Shown: positions 47,009-57,156, numbered from the stretch's first letter. The stretch: DNA of 64,000 bases from Parcubacteria bacterium C7867-004 (GCA_001189075.1 LFCN01000006.1:524866-588865), one strand, 5' to 3'. Numbers and translations: made by a program. Notes: generated by a model not told the origin, from the sequence alone.

Positions 47009-47858
47009 ACCCTTTCTCTTCTTCGGCACGCCGTATGTCGCCCGCGATACGCTTGCGGGACTTATGGAGCGCGGTTATAGGCCAGAGGTGGTTATAACCT
47101 CGCCCGACGCGCCCTCAGGTCGCGGCCTTACGCTCACACCATCAGAGGCTAAGGTATGGGCCCTTGAGCAGAACCTTCCCGTGCTCGCACCAGAAAGAAT
47201 CAACCGGGCGCTCATCGAGTCTCTCGCGCAGTACGGCGCGGAGTACGCCATTGTTGTGGCATACGGAAAGATCCTTCCCCAATCGCTTATCGATGCCTTT
47301 CCGCTCGGCATCCTGAACATCCACTATTCCCTCCTTCCGAAATACCGGGGCGCCTCTCCGGTTGAAGCCGCACTCTTGAACGCCGAGACTGTCACCGGCG
47401 TAACCATCCAGAAGATGGCATTCGAGCTCGATAGCGGCGATATCGTAGCCATGAAGGAGACCCTGATAGGTCCGGAGGAGACCACTCGCGAGCTGCGAAC
47501 GCGTCTCATCGCCATGGGAACGGAGCTGCTTGCCGATACACTTCCTGCATTTGAATCGGGAGCCGTAACCGGGGTTCCTCAAGACGCGAGCCAGGCTACC
47601 TTCTGTGGGCGTATCAATAAGAGCGAAGGCGAGCTTGCCCTGTCCGGTGACCCCAAGCGTAATTGGAACAAGTACCGAGCCTATGCCGAGTCTCCGGGCA
47701 CCTATTTCTTTGTAACGAAGGAAGCCAAGCGACTGCGCGTGAAGGTCCGCACTGCCGCGTTTGAGAACGGAACGTTTATCCCGAAGCGAGTCGTACTCGA
47801 AGGAAAGGCCGAGACGGACTTCGCTGAGCTTACGAAAGCAGGCTGGACTCCCGCTTAG
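47001..47858 (+). CDS. fmt: methionyl-tRNA formyltransferase
   Basis: Formyltransferase N-domain (FFGTPYVARDTL...NIHYSLLPKYRGASPV) and C-terminal Fmt domain; overlaps def by 8 nt. Confidence 0.85.
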   Translation: MHKPFLFFGTPYVARDTLAGLMERGYRPEVVITSPDAPSGRGLTLTPSEAKVWALEQNLPVLAPERINRALIESLAQYGAEYAIVVAYGKILPQSLIDAFPLGILNIHYSLLPKYRGASPVEAALLNAETVTGVTIQKMAFELDSGDIVAMKETLIGPEETTRELRTRLIAMGTELLADTLPAFESGAVTGVPQDASQATFCGRINKSEGELALSGDPKRNWNKYRAYAESPGTYFFVTKEAKRLRVKVRTAAFENGTFIPKRVVLEGKAETDFAELTKAGWTPA

Positions 47859-48220
47859 GTACTGAATCCACGCAGGAACGACTTGATGGTCGCACCTCCC
47901 TTTCGCTTAAGAACGAGGCTGCGCTCGTTTGCCTTACGGAGCTCCCCCGCGAGCTCACCAACCGCCTGATCTATCGAGTTCTCTATAGACTCTTCGACGG
48001 CCTTTGCGACGAACCGCTGCCCGTCGATATCGAAATTGATTTCAGTCCTCCAGATGCGTCCTGACTGGTGCGCTGCAGTCTCTTTTCCGAGTTCAACGTA
48101 TGCGCGCGCTGATTCCGCATTCCTCTTAATGTATTTTCTCAAGGTCTCGAGCTTTTTCCGGGCGAATGCACTCACATCGATCGGCATCTCATAATTAGTT
48201 CCTTTGAGAAGTATTTCCAT
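47855..48220 (-). CDS. hpf: ribosome hibernation promoting factor / RaiA-family protein
   Basis: MEILLKGTNYEMPIDVSAFARKKLETLRKYIKR matches the HPF/YfiA N-terminal fold pattern (M.I.I.G.N.E...L..Y...KL..L.RY). Confidence 0.75.
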   Translation of the reverse strand: MEILLKGTNYEMPIDVSAFARKKLETLRKYIKRNAESARAYVELGKETAAHQSGRIWRTEINFDIDGQRFVAKAVEESIENSIDQAVGELAGELRKANERSLVLKRKGGATIKSFLRGFST

Positions 48221-48231
48221 AGACTTGTAGA

Positions 48232-48498
48232 TTACTCTTTCGGGCCAAATTTCTGATGAAGGTACTCGACTATTGCGTCGGACTCGTACATCTCGACACC
48301 TGCGTCGACGTCGACGAGGTACGGCATCTGACGTTTGCCACCCCGAGCGATAAGCTCTTCCGCTACCGCCGGGTTAGCAACGGTCTTCAGATCGAAGACC
48401 AGACCCAGTTCCTGACCCGCCTGAAGGACTTTGGCGCAGTACCCGCAGCCGACTTTTATGTAAAGGATGAGGGGTCCGTGGTGTATGGGTTCGTTCAT
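48232..48498 (-). CDS. glutaredoxin-like protein (CxxC thioredoxin fold)
   Basis: ILYIKVGCGYCAKV active-site motif in an 88-aa protein. Confidence 0.75.
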   Translation of the reverse strand: MNEPIHHGPLILYIKVGCGYCAKVLQAGQELGLVFDLKTVANPAVAEELIARGGKRQMPYLVDVDAGVEMYESDAIVEYLHQKFGPKE

Positions 48499-48583
48499 AG
48501 ACCCAGTATACCAAGCAGGAGCGTTGCTCTCCTGTGTATTTACGCTAGAATGCCCAAGTTACGCTCGGATTTCGGTCTGAGCG

Positions 48584-48658
48584 TCACATTCCGCGGTAGC
48601 TCAGTGGTAGAGCGGTCGACTGTTAATCGATTGGTCGCAGGTTCGAATCCTGCCCGCG
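48584..48658 (+). tRNA. tRNA-Asn (anticodon GUU), CCA encoded
   Basis: TCCGCGG/CCGCGGA acceptor, GCTCAGTGGTAGAGC D-arm, anticodon loop CTGTTAA, GGTTCGAATCC T-arm, GCCA 3' end; terminator hairpin GCTAG..CTAGC+TTTTTT follows at about 48690-48715. Confidence 0.85.
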
Positions 48659-50151
48659 GAGCCAGAAGAGACATCAGCAAAATCAAGGACCAAATTAAAC
48701 GGAGAAGCTAGTGTAAAATCTAGCTTTTTTCCGTTTACAGTCGGGTTCTGAAGTATGGAACTCAAAAAGGCTCTTTGGTTAGCCGGTTCAGAACTATTCT
48801 CAAAAATAGACTTTGCCCTGCGAGCTACAGATATGACCGTAGCAACAGTAGTTTGGTAGTCGTAATCTGCCTTGCGGTATTCGGACATTTCAATTTCCAG
48901 GGTTTGTATCTGGTCCTGATACTCTTGGTGCTTTTTGTCATAGATGTCCTTAGTAATACTCTGGTCCAGGTAGGCTTCAAGCAATCGGTCATCCTTTGCT
49001 TTAAGTGCGTCATAGTCGTTCCGCATCCGGTTTATCTGAGCCTTATGAAATGCGACTTCGGCTTCAGTGTTCTTCCGAAGCTCATCGACAAGCTGATTCT
49101 GAGTATTCTCAGTAATCGTTGCAAAGTGCTCTAGAACCTCGTATACGGGCTTGAGAAGGTCCTTTTCAGGTACATACACCCTTTTGCATACTCCCTTAGC
49201 ATTCGTGCAAGAATAGTAGATAAAGCGACCCTTCTTGATTTCAGCACTCATTGAACAGCCGCAGTTTTGGCACTTGAGCAAACCCTTGAATATGAAGTCC
49301 CGGGATAGTGCCTTGAAAGGGGTTTTCCTGCGTTTGAGGCGTACATCTTCACACTTATCAAAGAGCTCCCTATCAATCAGGCGCGGATACTTGTGCGCAT
49401 ACGGACCATACTTCTTTGAGACAGCAGTACCGCAGTAAAAACTATCCTTGAGCATATTTTCAATGCAACTCTTGGAGAGCTTGAAACCCTTGAGGCTTCG
49501 TAAGCCAAGTTCCGAAATCTTTACCCTGATAGTCTCTAGGGAGTAGTTTCCTGTAGCATAAAGCTCAAATACTTTCTGAACCAAGTGCGCACGTTCTGGG
49601 TCTATGATTATGTCTTTACGTAAGCGCTTTTCTTGGTCCAAGTGAATATTCAGGTAGCCTAAACGGACTGCTCCTGTCCACTCGCCGTTCCTGCGCTTTT
49701 GCTCAAAGGCACGTCTAACATTGTCGCCGATAGCGTCTGAGTAGTACTTAGCCAGTCCAAGACTCATACCAAACTGAAACTTCTCAACAGCAGACATCTG
49801 GCTATTAATAATCTGACCGTCCGAAATGAAATGAAGTTCAATCCTATCTGCTACAGCAAGCTCATAGAGCCTGGCCACTCTTTTATCAAAGACGCTTCTT
49901 GAGAGCCGGTCTACCTTGTCAAAGCAGACTGCAATCTTTTCCTTCTTAATCGTTGTCTCAACAAACTCTAACAACTTATCAAACTCATCCCGCTTATCCT
50001 TATATGCGCTTTCATCAAAGCTAAATGATTTGATGACGATGAAATCTCTCTTTTTGCAGTAGCTGTCTACACGCTCAATCTGAGCAGGCAGAGAATTTCC
50101 TGCCTCCTTTTGTTCCTCTGTTGATACTCGTGAGACATTTACCGCTTTCAT
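48601..50151 (-). CDS. large serine recombinase (integrase), resolvase-type catalytic domain + recombinase domain + zinc ribbon + coiled coil
   Basis: N-terminal VSRVSTEEQ (catalytic Ser), DRLSRS, zinc ribbon CQNCGCSM...YYSCTNAKGVC, C-terminal coiled coil; the last roughly 19 codons read antisense through tRNA-Asn. Confidence 0.85.
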   Translation of the reverse strand: MKAVNVSRVSTEEQKEAGNSLPAQIERVDSYCKKRDFIVIKSFSFDESAYKDKRDEFDKLLEFVETTIKKEKIAVCFDKVDRLSRSVFDKRVARLYELAVADRIELHFISDGQIINSQMSAVEKFQFGMSLGLAKYYSDAIGDNVRRAFEQKRRNGEWTGAVRLGYLNIHLDQEKRLRKDIIIDPERAHLVQKVFELYATGNYSLETIRVKISELGLRSLKGFKLSKSCIENMLKDSFYCGTAVSKKYGPYAHKYPRLIDRELFDKCEDVRLKRRKTPFKALSRDFIFKGLLKCQNCGCSMSAEIKKGRFIYYSCTNAKGVCKRVYVPEKDLLKPVYEVLEHFATITENTQNQLVDELRKNTEAEVAFHKAQINRMRNDYDALKAKDDRLLEAYLDQSITKDIYDKKHQEYQDQIQTLEIEMSEYRKADYDYQTTVATVISVARRAKSIFENSSEPANQRAFLSSILQNPTVNGKKLDFTLASPFNLVLDFADVSSGSAGRIRTCDQSINSRPLYH

Positions 50152-50154
50152 GGG

Positions 50155-52815
50155 CTATAGAATATTTTCCTTAAGAGCCCCATCAAAAGCTGTTTCTTCG
50201 CTATTGTTGTAGAACGGAAGACCCCACACAACATATTTCCTATCTTCCCAGAGTTGTTCAACTTTGTGCTCTTCGTTAAGGGATACTAGGAAATTCTGCT
50301 TCCAAGCATCTGTTTCTTTGAGATGACTGCCCTTAGGCTCAATGAATACTTGGTAGTGGATACTCTTTGGCTTTGCTTTTTGGTAAAGGAAAAGTACGAA
50401 GTCTGGTTCGAGTGCCCTTCCATCGTCAAAATTGTAAAGCTTAAAAAAGCGCTCATTCCTTACTAGGTATACCTCGTCATACTTCTCACGGAGTTGCGTG
50501 TAAATCTTATCGACATATTTAACAAGGTACTTCTCTTCAGAAGTTCCGAAACAATCATTAAACACGTACCAAGACTTGTTACTGAGGTCTAGATAGATAC
50601 TAGTCTCTTGAGCATTGTTGATTGACTTCCCAAACTCCTTATCTTCGCTCTCATTCTCTGCGAAAGTAAGGACCTTTTCAGAGATTTTATCCTTGACCAA
50701 ATAGGGTTTAAATTCCTTACTCCCCTTGTATTCAAGTTTATCGCCAGATACACCCCTTGAGATAAGCTCTAGGACCTGCAAAACCGTGTCTAAGACATCG
50801 TCAGGACTTAAATTGTCTAGCTGGCTAGGTAGCCCAGAAACAGTCATTTTCACGCTTCCTAGGTAGTTCTTATTAGTAATAAAGTCATCGAGACTTTCAA
50901 GATTTGGGAAGTAAGTCTTGAGGTTAGAGAAAGAGTAAAATTCCAGCTTATAAATTGCCTTCTTTATAACGGTGGCACTGAGGTCCTTGATAGCAAAATC
51001 CCTTTCCTTCTTCTCTACACCTTTTTTGCTTTGTTCATCAAAAATACCGCTCGAAAGGTTAAAGCCGGTCCGTAGAGAAACTTTATAGAGAGTATCTCGC
51101 ACTGAGGATGGCAACCCAAAAACATCCTCTCGCGTGTACTTTTCTTGCTCATTGAGGAAAAGAAAGCCTGATTTGTAGAACTTACTTTCTTTGAAGTCAT
51201 CTTTAATGGTGAGACTGCGCTTTACTGTTTTATCGGCAATGATTCCGCTCGTTACGAGCGCGGAAGTAAGCTCCTGAATATACTTTGGGTTGTAGGTGCT
51301 GTGATAGTAAAGCTCTTCACAAATTCTCATCTCATTCTCAACGTCATCATCAAATTTCCTCTTCGATGCGTCATCGGTTTCGCTTAGCTTGAACGGACAG
51401 TATCGTGCACCACGACCAATGAGCTGGGCCTCTCGGATTGTTGTTTCACCAGGTCTGTTATTTGCAGAATCACGCGTATCGTACAGACGAACAATATCAA
51501 AAAGGTTCAGAACGTCCCATCCCTCATTTAGCTTATCTACAGCAAAAACTGCTCGATACTCATTGTCAGGAGCTTCTAGAGTATTGATGGCTACCTGTTT
51601 TTCCTCGCTCTCTTCCTTGCTGTTAACTGAGATTGTTTTATCGGCAGAGAAATCTTCCTTAAGCTCAGATACTAGGTTTTCAAGCGTAATCTTGTTCGAG
51701 TCGAAATACTCAAACATTCTTACGAGAACCTCGTCCTTTGCGTTTGCCTTTATTTCTGCAAGCTTCTTTGTAGTAAGTCCTTGCACGCTCTTGATAAACT
51801 CCTCCTGAAAAGCTTTGCTATCTGCAATGGTTTTAGACTTGAAAAGAAGCACCGGTTTAATAACCTGCTTGTTCTTCTCAAAGAGTTTTCTACGGTACTG
51901 GCTAAGTAAAATGGCCTGTAGACCACGGTCAAGTAAATTCGCATCCGCTTGAAGTACCTTCACATCCTTTGAATAGCCGTCCATTCGGAATTGCTTGAGT
52001 GGGTAGTCAAAAACAAGCCTGTCAGCATACTTTCTTGCTATATGCGGGTTACTGAAATCTACCGTTGCTGTGAACTCTAAAAGAATATTCTCAGCACTTG
52101 CGTTAACAATTCTATTGACCGTGCTCTCCCAAGAGATAATCTCTTCGGCTTCTTCTCTAGAAACCGAACCGTTTATGGTGACCTCACCGAGCACTCCGGT
52201 TCTGAGACCTGCTCTTGTCTCAACGTTAATATGGTGTGCCTCATCAGATATGAGCACAATTTTCTTATCCTGAAAGTCGTCAAAGGTAAGAGAGTTCTCT
52301 TGAGGATTGTTCAGTCTAGTATGAAGGCCTTGGATAGTTGAGAACGAGATATTAATACAGTCATCATTTCCAGCCTGAAAGTTATTTACTTCCTTAAGGG
52401 AAACTTTCTTTCCCCTAAAGGCGACGCTGCTGTTGAATAAGTACTTTATTGATGCGTCATTAAAGAAGTTATCTCGTGTCTTATCAATGATGTTTGTGCT
52501 GTTCACAAAAAAAAGAAAGTTTCTATACCCTTTCTCGTAGAGATAGAGAATCAGTCCGGCCATAATGAGCGTCTTACCACTACCAGTAGCCATACGGAAA
52601 AGAAGCTGATGCTTCTCAGGCTTGCCATCAAAGTTCTCGTTTAAGTAGTTTAGAAAGTACTGGAAAGCTCTTTCTTGGTAAGGTCTTATAGCAAACTTCT
52701 GATTGAGGTTTGCCGTTATGAGGTCAGGCACTTGAGTGGCTTCTATGCCACGCTTGCCAAACTCTGATTCAAGTATTCTGTTGAGTGTTTTAATTTCGTC
52801 CATAGAACTTAGCAT
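50155..52815 (-). CDS. res: Type III restriction enzyme, Res subunit (SF2 helicase-like ATPase + nuclease)
   Basis: Helicase motif I MATGSGKTLIM, motif II LISDEAHHI (DEAH), 886 aa, directly downstream of the mod gene. Confidence 0.8.
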   Translation of the reverse strand: MLSSMDEIKTLNRILESEFGKRGIEATQVPDLITANLNQKFAIRPYQERAFQYFLNYLNENFDGKPEKHQLLFRMATGSGKTLIMAGLILYLYEKGYRNFLFFVNSTNIIDKTRDNFFNDASIKYLFNSSVAFRGKKVSLKEVNNFQAGNDDCINISFSTIQGLHTRLNNPQENSLTFDDFQDKKIVLISDEAHHINVETRAGLRTGVLGEVTINGSVSREEAEEIISWESTVNRIVNASAENILLEFTATVDFSNPHIARKYADRLVFDYPLKQFRMDGYSKDVKVLQADANLLDRGLQAILLSQYRRKLFEKNKQVIKPVLLFKSKTIADSKAFQEEFIKSVQGLTTKKLAEIKANAKDEVLVRMFEYFDSNKITLENLVSELKEDFSADKTISVNSKEESEEKQVAINTLEAPDNEYRAVFAVDKLNEGWDVLNLFDIVRLYDTRDSANNRPGETTIREAQLIGRGARYCPFKLSETDDASKRKFDDDVENEMRICEELYYHSTYNPKYIQELTSALVTSGIIADKTVKRSLTIKDDFKESKFYKSGFLFLNEQEKYTREDVFGLPSSVRDTLYKVSLRTGFNLSSGIFDEQSKKGVEKKERDFAIKDLSATVIKKAIYKLEFYSFSNLKTYFPNLESLDDFITNKNYLGSVKMTVSGLPSQLDNLSPDDVLDTVLQVLELISRGVSGDKLEYKGSKEFKPYLVKDKISEKVLTFAENESEDKEFGKSINNAQETSIYLDLSNKSWYVFNDCFGTSEEKYLVKYVDKIYTQLREKYDEVYLVRNERFFKLYNFDDGRALEPDFVLFLYQKAKPKSIHYQVFIEPKGSHLKETDAWKQNFLVSLNEEHKVEQLWEDRKYVVWGLPFYNNSEETAFDGALKENIL

Positions 52816-54661
52816 TCAAAGCAACGTCTTCTTTAGATATTGCATATGTTTTGTCTTCGATTTCTGAGTACGGCACATACAGCAGATTCTTATCCAAAAT
52901 GGAAATTAAGAATCTTTGCTGGTCCTCAAAAGAAAGGCTCTCGAAATCTTTCTTCGTAGCGTCAACATCCTGAGGTTTTACTTTGTAGCTCAGGAAGGCT
53001 GTCTTCTTCATTTCCTCCCAAATAGTCATGAGGCTTTTTTTGTTCTTTACATCCTGTATTTTGTCCACAAAAAGCTGATTCGCCTGGGCGAGCTCGGCAT
53101 ATATAAATGAACCGCCCCCTTTCCAGTTCACAGATTCTGATATTCCTCCCTGCTCACCGTCAACTGCTTTTTTAAGTCTCTCAACTAGAACACTATCAAC
53201 ATAATCCATTTGTTCTACAGTGATAAACTGTCGTCCCATCTTCAAAGCAGTAGAAGCAGTAGTGCCGGAGCCACCGAAGAAATCCAGCACTAGGTCATCC
53301 TTCTTCGTGGAAAGTTCAATGATTCTTTGAATGAATCCTTCTGGTTTAGGGCCATCAAAGACTTTTTCTTTAAATAATTCTTTCAAGTGGCGAGTAGCAT
53401 TTGTTGTTGTAGGCAAGTCAGACCATAAAGTCGTAGTAACCTCTCCTCGCTCCTGTGCTTCAGACCAAAATCTTTTCCTTTGAGGACCGGCTTCACCGGT
53501 AGTGCCAAAGACAATCCTTTTATCTTTTAGTAAATCTTCGAATACGCTTTTTTCATTCTTCCAACTGTTGCCTGGTAACGGAGTATAAACTTCTCCAGTT
53601 TTGGGATTCTTAATTGGATATAACTGATTGGGGCGGATACCCCCAACCTGAAATGGGTCAGCAACCCACTTACCTCTAGGGTCGTTATCTGGGTTATTAA
53701 ACTTATCTTCATTAGCTGGAATTCTAAAGGTCTCTCGGTTCTTCTTGAGCCATTCTTTGTTTGTTGAGTACACCAAAGTGTGTGTATGTGCGTCAGAAAT
53801 AAGTGCGGTATTAGTAACTGATTTTGTAGAATTCCAAATAACATCGGCTACAAAGTTTTTCCTGCCGAACACTTCATCACACAGCACTTTTAAATAATGA
53901 CCCTCATCATCACTAATGCTCATCCAAATTAATCCGGAGTCATTCTTAAGAAGTTGTTTTGCAACCTCCAATCTATTCCTCATAAACGTGAGCCAAGTAG
54001 AGTGGTTGAAATTGTCGTTGTAGAGAAAGTCATTGCTTTCATTATCTCTGTTATAAGGCGGGTCGATATAAATTAACTGGACAGACTCCTTGTATTTAGC
54101 AAGAAGAGTCTGTAAAGCTAATAAATTATTACCCTTGAGAATAAGGTTGTCCTTAAGTCCCACTTCCTTAGCAATAATTTCTTTCCCTTTTTCATATCTC
54201 TTAAACTTTGTGAGTGCTTTTGGTTTTAGAAGTTTATCAATTTCATCAGAAGCCAAGGTCTCATTCCAAAACACTTCACTCCTCTTCGCATCATCCTTAC
54301 TTTGACCACCTTCAAGTACACAATCCTTATAGGGGAAGGCGAGGACCACCTCCTCACTATCGGTTAGGTAGTGCTTGTCAGAAATTAGACCAATCTTATT
54401 CTTGTACTCTGTAAAACTGTCAGGAAGAAACTGTTTGTTGGAAACGTAGCTTTGGAATTTAACCTTGTCGAAAACAAGGAAATCATCAACCTGCTGAAAA
54501 AAGGTTTCTGAGAGATCTTTTGAAGAGCGAAGTAGCTTTAATAAGCCAGCATCTAACTGAAGTGCGAGCTCAATAATCTTATTCTTAGCAAGCTTTCCTT
54601 CTACAACGAGCCGGTCATCTTTTGAGAGTGCTTCCGTTAGCTTTTGATGGATGTTTTTCAT
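52790..54661 (-). CDS. mod: Type III restriction-modification system Mod subunit (N6-adenine DNA methyltransferase)
   Basis: IYIDPPYN (DPPY catalytic motif IV), FFGGSGTTASTA SAM-binding motif I in the beta-class order; 26-nt overlap with res. Confidence 0.85.
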   Translation of the reverse strand: MKNIHQKLTEALSKDDRLVVEGKLAKNKIIELALQLDAGLLKLLRSSKDLSETFFQQVDDFLVFDKVKFQSYVSNKQFLPDSFTEYKNKIGLISDKHYLTDSEEVVLAFPYKDCVLEGGQSKDDAKRSEVFWNETLASDEIDKLLKPKALTKFKRYEKGKEIIAKEVGLKDNLILKGNNLLALQTLLAKYKESVQLIYIDPPYNRDNESNDFLYNDNFNHSTWLTFMRNRLEVAKQLLKNDSGLIWMSISDDEGHYLKVLCDEVFGRKNFVADVIWNSTKSVTNTALISDAHTHTLVYSTNKEWLKKNRETFRIPANEDKFNNPDNDPRGKWVADPFQVGGIRPNQLYPIKNPKTGEVYTPLPGNSWKNEKSVFEDLLKDKRIVFGTTGEAGPQRKRFWSEAQERGEVTTTLWSDLPTTTNATRHLKELFKEKVFDGPKPEGFIQRIIELSTKKDDLVLDFFGGSGTTASTALKMGRQFITVEQMDYVDSVLVERLKKAVDGEQGGISESVNWKGGGSFIYAELAQANQLFVDKIQDVKNKKSLMTIWEEMKKTAFLSYKVKPQDVDATKKDFESLSFEDQQRFLISILDKNLLYVPYSEIEDKTYAISKEDVALNAKFYGRN

Positions 54662-54664
54662 AAA

Positions 54665-54862
54665 TTATTTCGTACTCGCCTTTTTAAGAAAATCATCAAA
54701 CTCATCCTTATCAATTCTGTACTCTCGGCCAATCTTATAAGCACTCAAACGACCAGCTTTTATATAGCGGTAAATGGTCATGATATTCACATCCAACAGA
54801 CTTGCGAGGTCTTCCGCCTTGTAAAACTGCTTTTCTTTAGCCATACCCACTAATTTACTCAA
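54665..54862 (-). CDS. excisionase/AlpA/MerR-like helix-turn-helix DNA-binding protein (65 aa)
   Basis: YKAEDLASLLDVNIMTIYRYIKAGRLSAYKIGREYRI is the Xis-family HTH pattern; immediately upstream of mod. Confidence 0.6.
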   Translation of the reverse strand: MSKLVGMAKEKQFYKAEDLASLLDVNIMTIYRYIKAGRLSAYKIGREYRIDKDEFDDFLKKASTK

Positions 54863-54896
54863 TAATTATACTTGACACTACTTTACACATCAATTC

Positions 54897-55811
54897 CTAC
54901 CCAGTGGACAAGCTTTTCTTGTACGGCTCGTACTCCTCTAGGCTCTTATCTATCTGGTTGACCCAGTCTCTGAGCTTGTTCTTGGTTATCAGAGTGCTTG
55001 CTTGTTGCATATCCTTAGCTATGCGATACCAGGTCCTATCATTCGACCTTTTCGAAAGAATGGTTCGCAACTGCCTCATCCCATTCTCGTCTCTAGCAAG
55101 CATGAACAAACCTAGTAGATATATGGCTTGCTTTGGTTTCAGATTTTTATCTGCTAAAAACAAGGTTCTCAACACATCCTTAATGCTTACAGATATTGAG
55201 AATAAGCCCAGATTCCTCTCTTTTATCAGCCTCTTCCAGTAATCGCTTACAACCCTCTTGCTCATCTCGGTACTGAAAATCTGTGTGAATGTAGGGTTCT
55301 TGTCATATCCCAAGTCTTCGAGCACTTTGTTCATCTTCTGCTTGTGGTTCAATCTGATTTCAAATCGTATGACTTCTTTTAGGTCCTTGCCTTTGGTCAG
55401 TTCCGTAAATAGGGTCCTGTGGTAGCACGTTTGGTCCTTATCAATCGCACGCTTCTTATCCTTACTCAAGTCAGCAATCTTGTCATAGATAACAAGTTGG
55501 TGTGAAGTGGTATGAGCATAAAGGCTCTGACCGTCATTCATAAATCTCGTCTTTGAAAAATCAAAGCTCTTTCTCAGGTTGACCTTGTTCATTTCTGAAA
55601 TCAAGTGGTTTGCTGTGTAGCCATCTTCCAGCCGGATGTTCTTAGAGAAGTGGACTGAACTTACTGATGCTTTCTCTAGTACTGGCTTTGAGACTATTAC
55701 ACCCATAGTCCTGAGTCTTTCTTGTAGAGTCGCAATTACCCTTGGAAAGTCCTTTTCCTCAAGCTCTTCAAGATTATTCAGGTATATCAGCTTGGGTGCA
55801 GAAAACTCCAA
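54897..55811 (-). CDS. hypothetical protein (304 aa), island cargo
   Basis: ORF track, AT-rich, Lys-rich; no family recognised from sequence. Confidence 0.5.
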   Translation of the reverse strand: MEFSAPKLIYLNNLEELEEKDFPRVIATLQERLRTMGVIVSKPVLEKASVSSVHFSKNIRLEDGYTANHLISEMNKVNLRKSFDFSKTRFMNDGQSLYAHTTSHQLVIYDKIADLSKDKKRAIDKDQTCYHRTLFTELTKGKDLKEVIRFEIRLNHKQKMNKVLEDLGYDKNPTFTQIFSTEMSKRVVSDYWKRLIKERNLGLFSISVSIKDVLRTLFLADKNLKPKQAIYLLGLFMLARDENGMRQLRTILSKRSNDRTWYRIAKDMQQASTLITKNKLRDWVNQIDKSLEEYEPYKKSLSTG

Positions 55812-56167
55812 ACGAACATTGGCTTCTTGTGAGTAATGGCGCTGATAACCAGTTAATCTAGGAAAGTAGTTTCCAGTCTCCTTCTCTGCCTTACTCGGAT
55901 TCCGGACATACTTTTCATACTGGTCTGTCTTTGAATACAGTTACCAGTTTGATACTCCTGAGAGGTAGGTCATTCTATCCTTTGGTATCAAGAGGCATAC
56001 AGTATCAATCATTTTTCGCTTTCTTTATCTGGTAAAGTTCAGGATTTTGCTTCTTGTCCTCTTGGATAAGCCAAACAAAAGCACTAACAAGCTTCCCTCT
56101 GTCTTCCAGAGTTAGGTTATTTACTTGAAAGCTCTGTTCAGGCCTCAATTTGGTTGCAATTACCTGC

Positions 56168-56212
56168 ATAAAAAAACCCGTAGGTTGTACCTACAGGCTA
56201 TCTTTTTCGGCT
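56168..56212. terminator. hairpin (CCGTAGGT..ACCTACAGG) flanked by an A-run and a T-run; probable bidirectional terminator inside the island
   Basis: AAAAAAACCCGTAGGTTGTACCTACAGGCTATCTTTTTC read directly. Confidence 0.45.
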
Positions 56213-56254
56213 AAGCCGGTATAAGAACTTTGTGAACTACGGAAAGTATCTGTA

Positions 56255-56998
56255 CTACAGTTCTTTTCGCTTTTTCTCCATCAGCGAGATTATTTTTCCG
56301 ATATGACCGTAATCGAGATGTTCTCCAAACTTATCGCTCACAAGTCCCATAATTTCTCGTCTTGGCAGGTCTTTGTTGTAGTAGATAAACTCGTTTCTTT
56401 CTTTGATTTTCGGCTTCTTTCTTTTCACAGAGCCTATCTTCAGTTCCTGTCTCTTATACTTCTCTTGAAGAGGTTTGATTACTTCAGTATATGTATGTTT
56501 TATGTGGTCAATGATGTCTCTCTCGCTAGCAAATGGACTTATCCCTAGGACCACAGGGTAAATATCCTTGTCATTAATTCTTGTTGAAAATATTTCTTCA
56601 TTCCTTAGTACAAATTTCTTATAGTCCCACACATTACAGAGAGCCACGTAGGGTTCAGCACTGAATTCGTCCGCAACGATATACTCAGTAAGCTCTGTAC
56701 TCCACATCAACGGGTCAAGGCCATATTCAAGCAGGAGTGTATACAGGTCTTCTTGAAAAAGCTTATTGCGTTCAAGTTCGTCCGTAAGCTTAGGAAACAA
56801 GTCCATAAAGTCGTCAGAACCCCTTATTCCCTGCTCCGAAAGTCCATACTTCTTTCGCAGAGAAATTATAGACGTCGAAAACTTCTCTGTGTTTAATACT
56901 TCTTCGAAATAGTTGAATAACTTCTTATAGCCACTTGTTTTTGACAAGGAATTTTGAATATCATCGGGGTCAGAGAGGCTATTGAAGTCCAGCTTCAT
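56255..56998 (-). CDS. hypothetical protein (247 aa), island cargo
   Basis: ORF track; no family recognised. Confidence 0.5.
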   Translation of the reverse strand: MKLDFNSLSDPDDIQNSLSKTSGYKKLFNYFEEVLNTEKFSTSIISLRKKYGLSEQGIRGSDDFMDLFPKLTDELERNKLFQEDLYTLLLEYGLDPLMWSTELTEYIVADEFSAEPYVALCNVWDYKKFVLRNEEIFSTRINDKDIYPVVLGISPFASERDIIDHIKHTYTEVIKPLQEKYKRQELKIGSVKRKKPKIKERNEFIYYNKDLPRREIMGLVSDKFGEHLDYGHIGKIISLMEKKRKEL

Positions 56999-57156
56999 TC
57001 CTTTACTCTAGCTGACAGTGGACTACAGTTCAATCAATGAGTAGAGCAGTTCGCTTTTATCAGCAAAGTTGCACTAGTAGGACAGGATTGGTCAGTTTGC
57101 GTAGGTAGATAGTCTGAAAGGACGGCCGGAAACCCTCTCTACAAGCGGCACCTGCC

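Noticed and set aside
48601-48660. Whether the integrase really ends at 48601
   Set aside because: It cannot be decided from sequence alone. The first in-frame stop is at 48601, so the annotation was kept, but the last about 19 codons are tRNA-antisense and may be a fortuitous extension.
56255-56998. Considered calling island proteins 54897..55811 / 56255..56998 a replication initiator or Abi protein
   Set aside because: No HUH, Walker or other diagnostic motif could be found by eye, so they are left as hypothetical.
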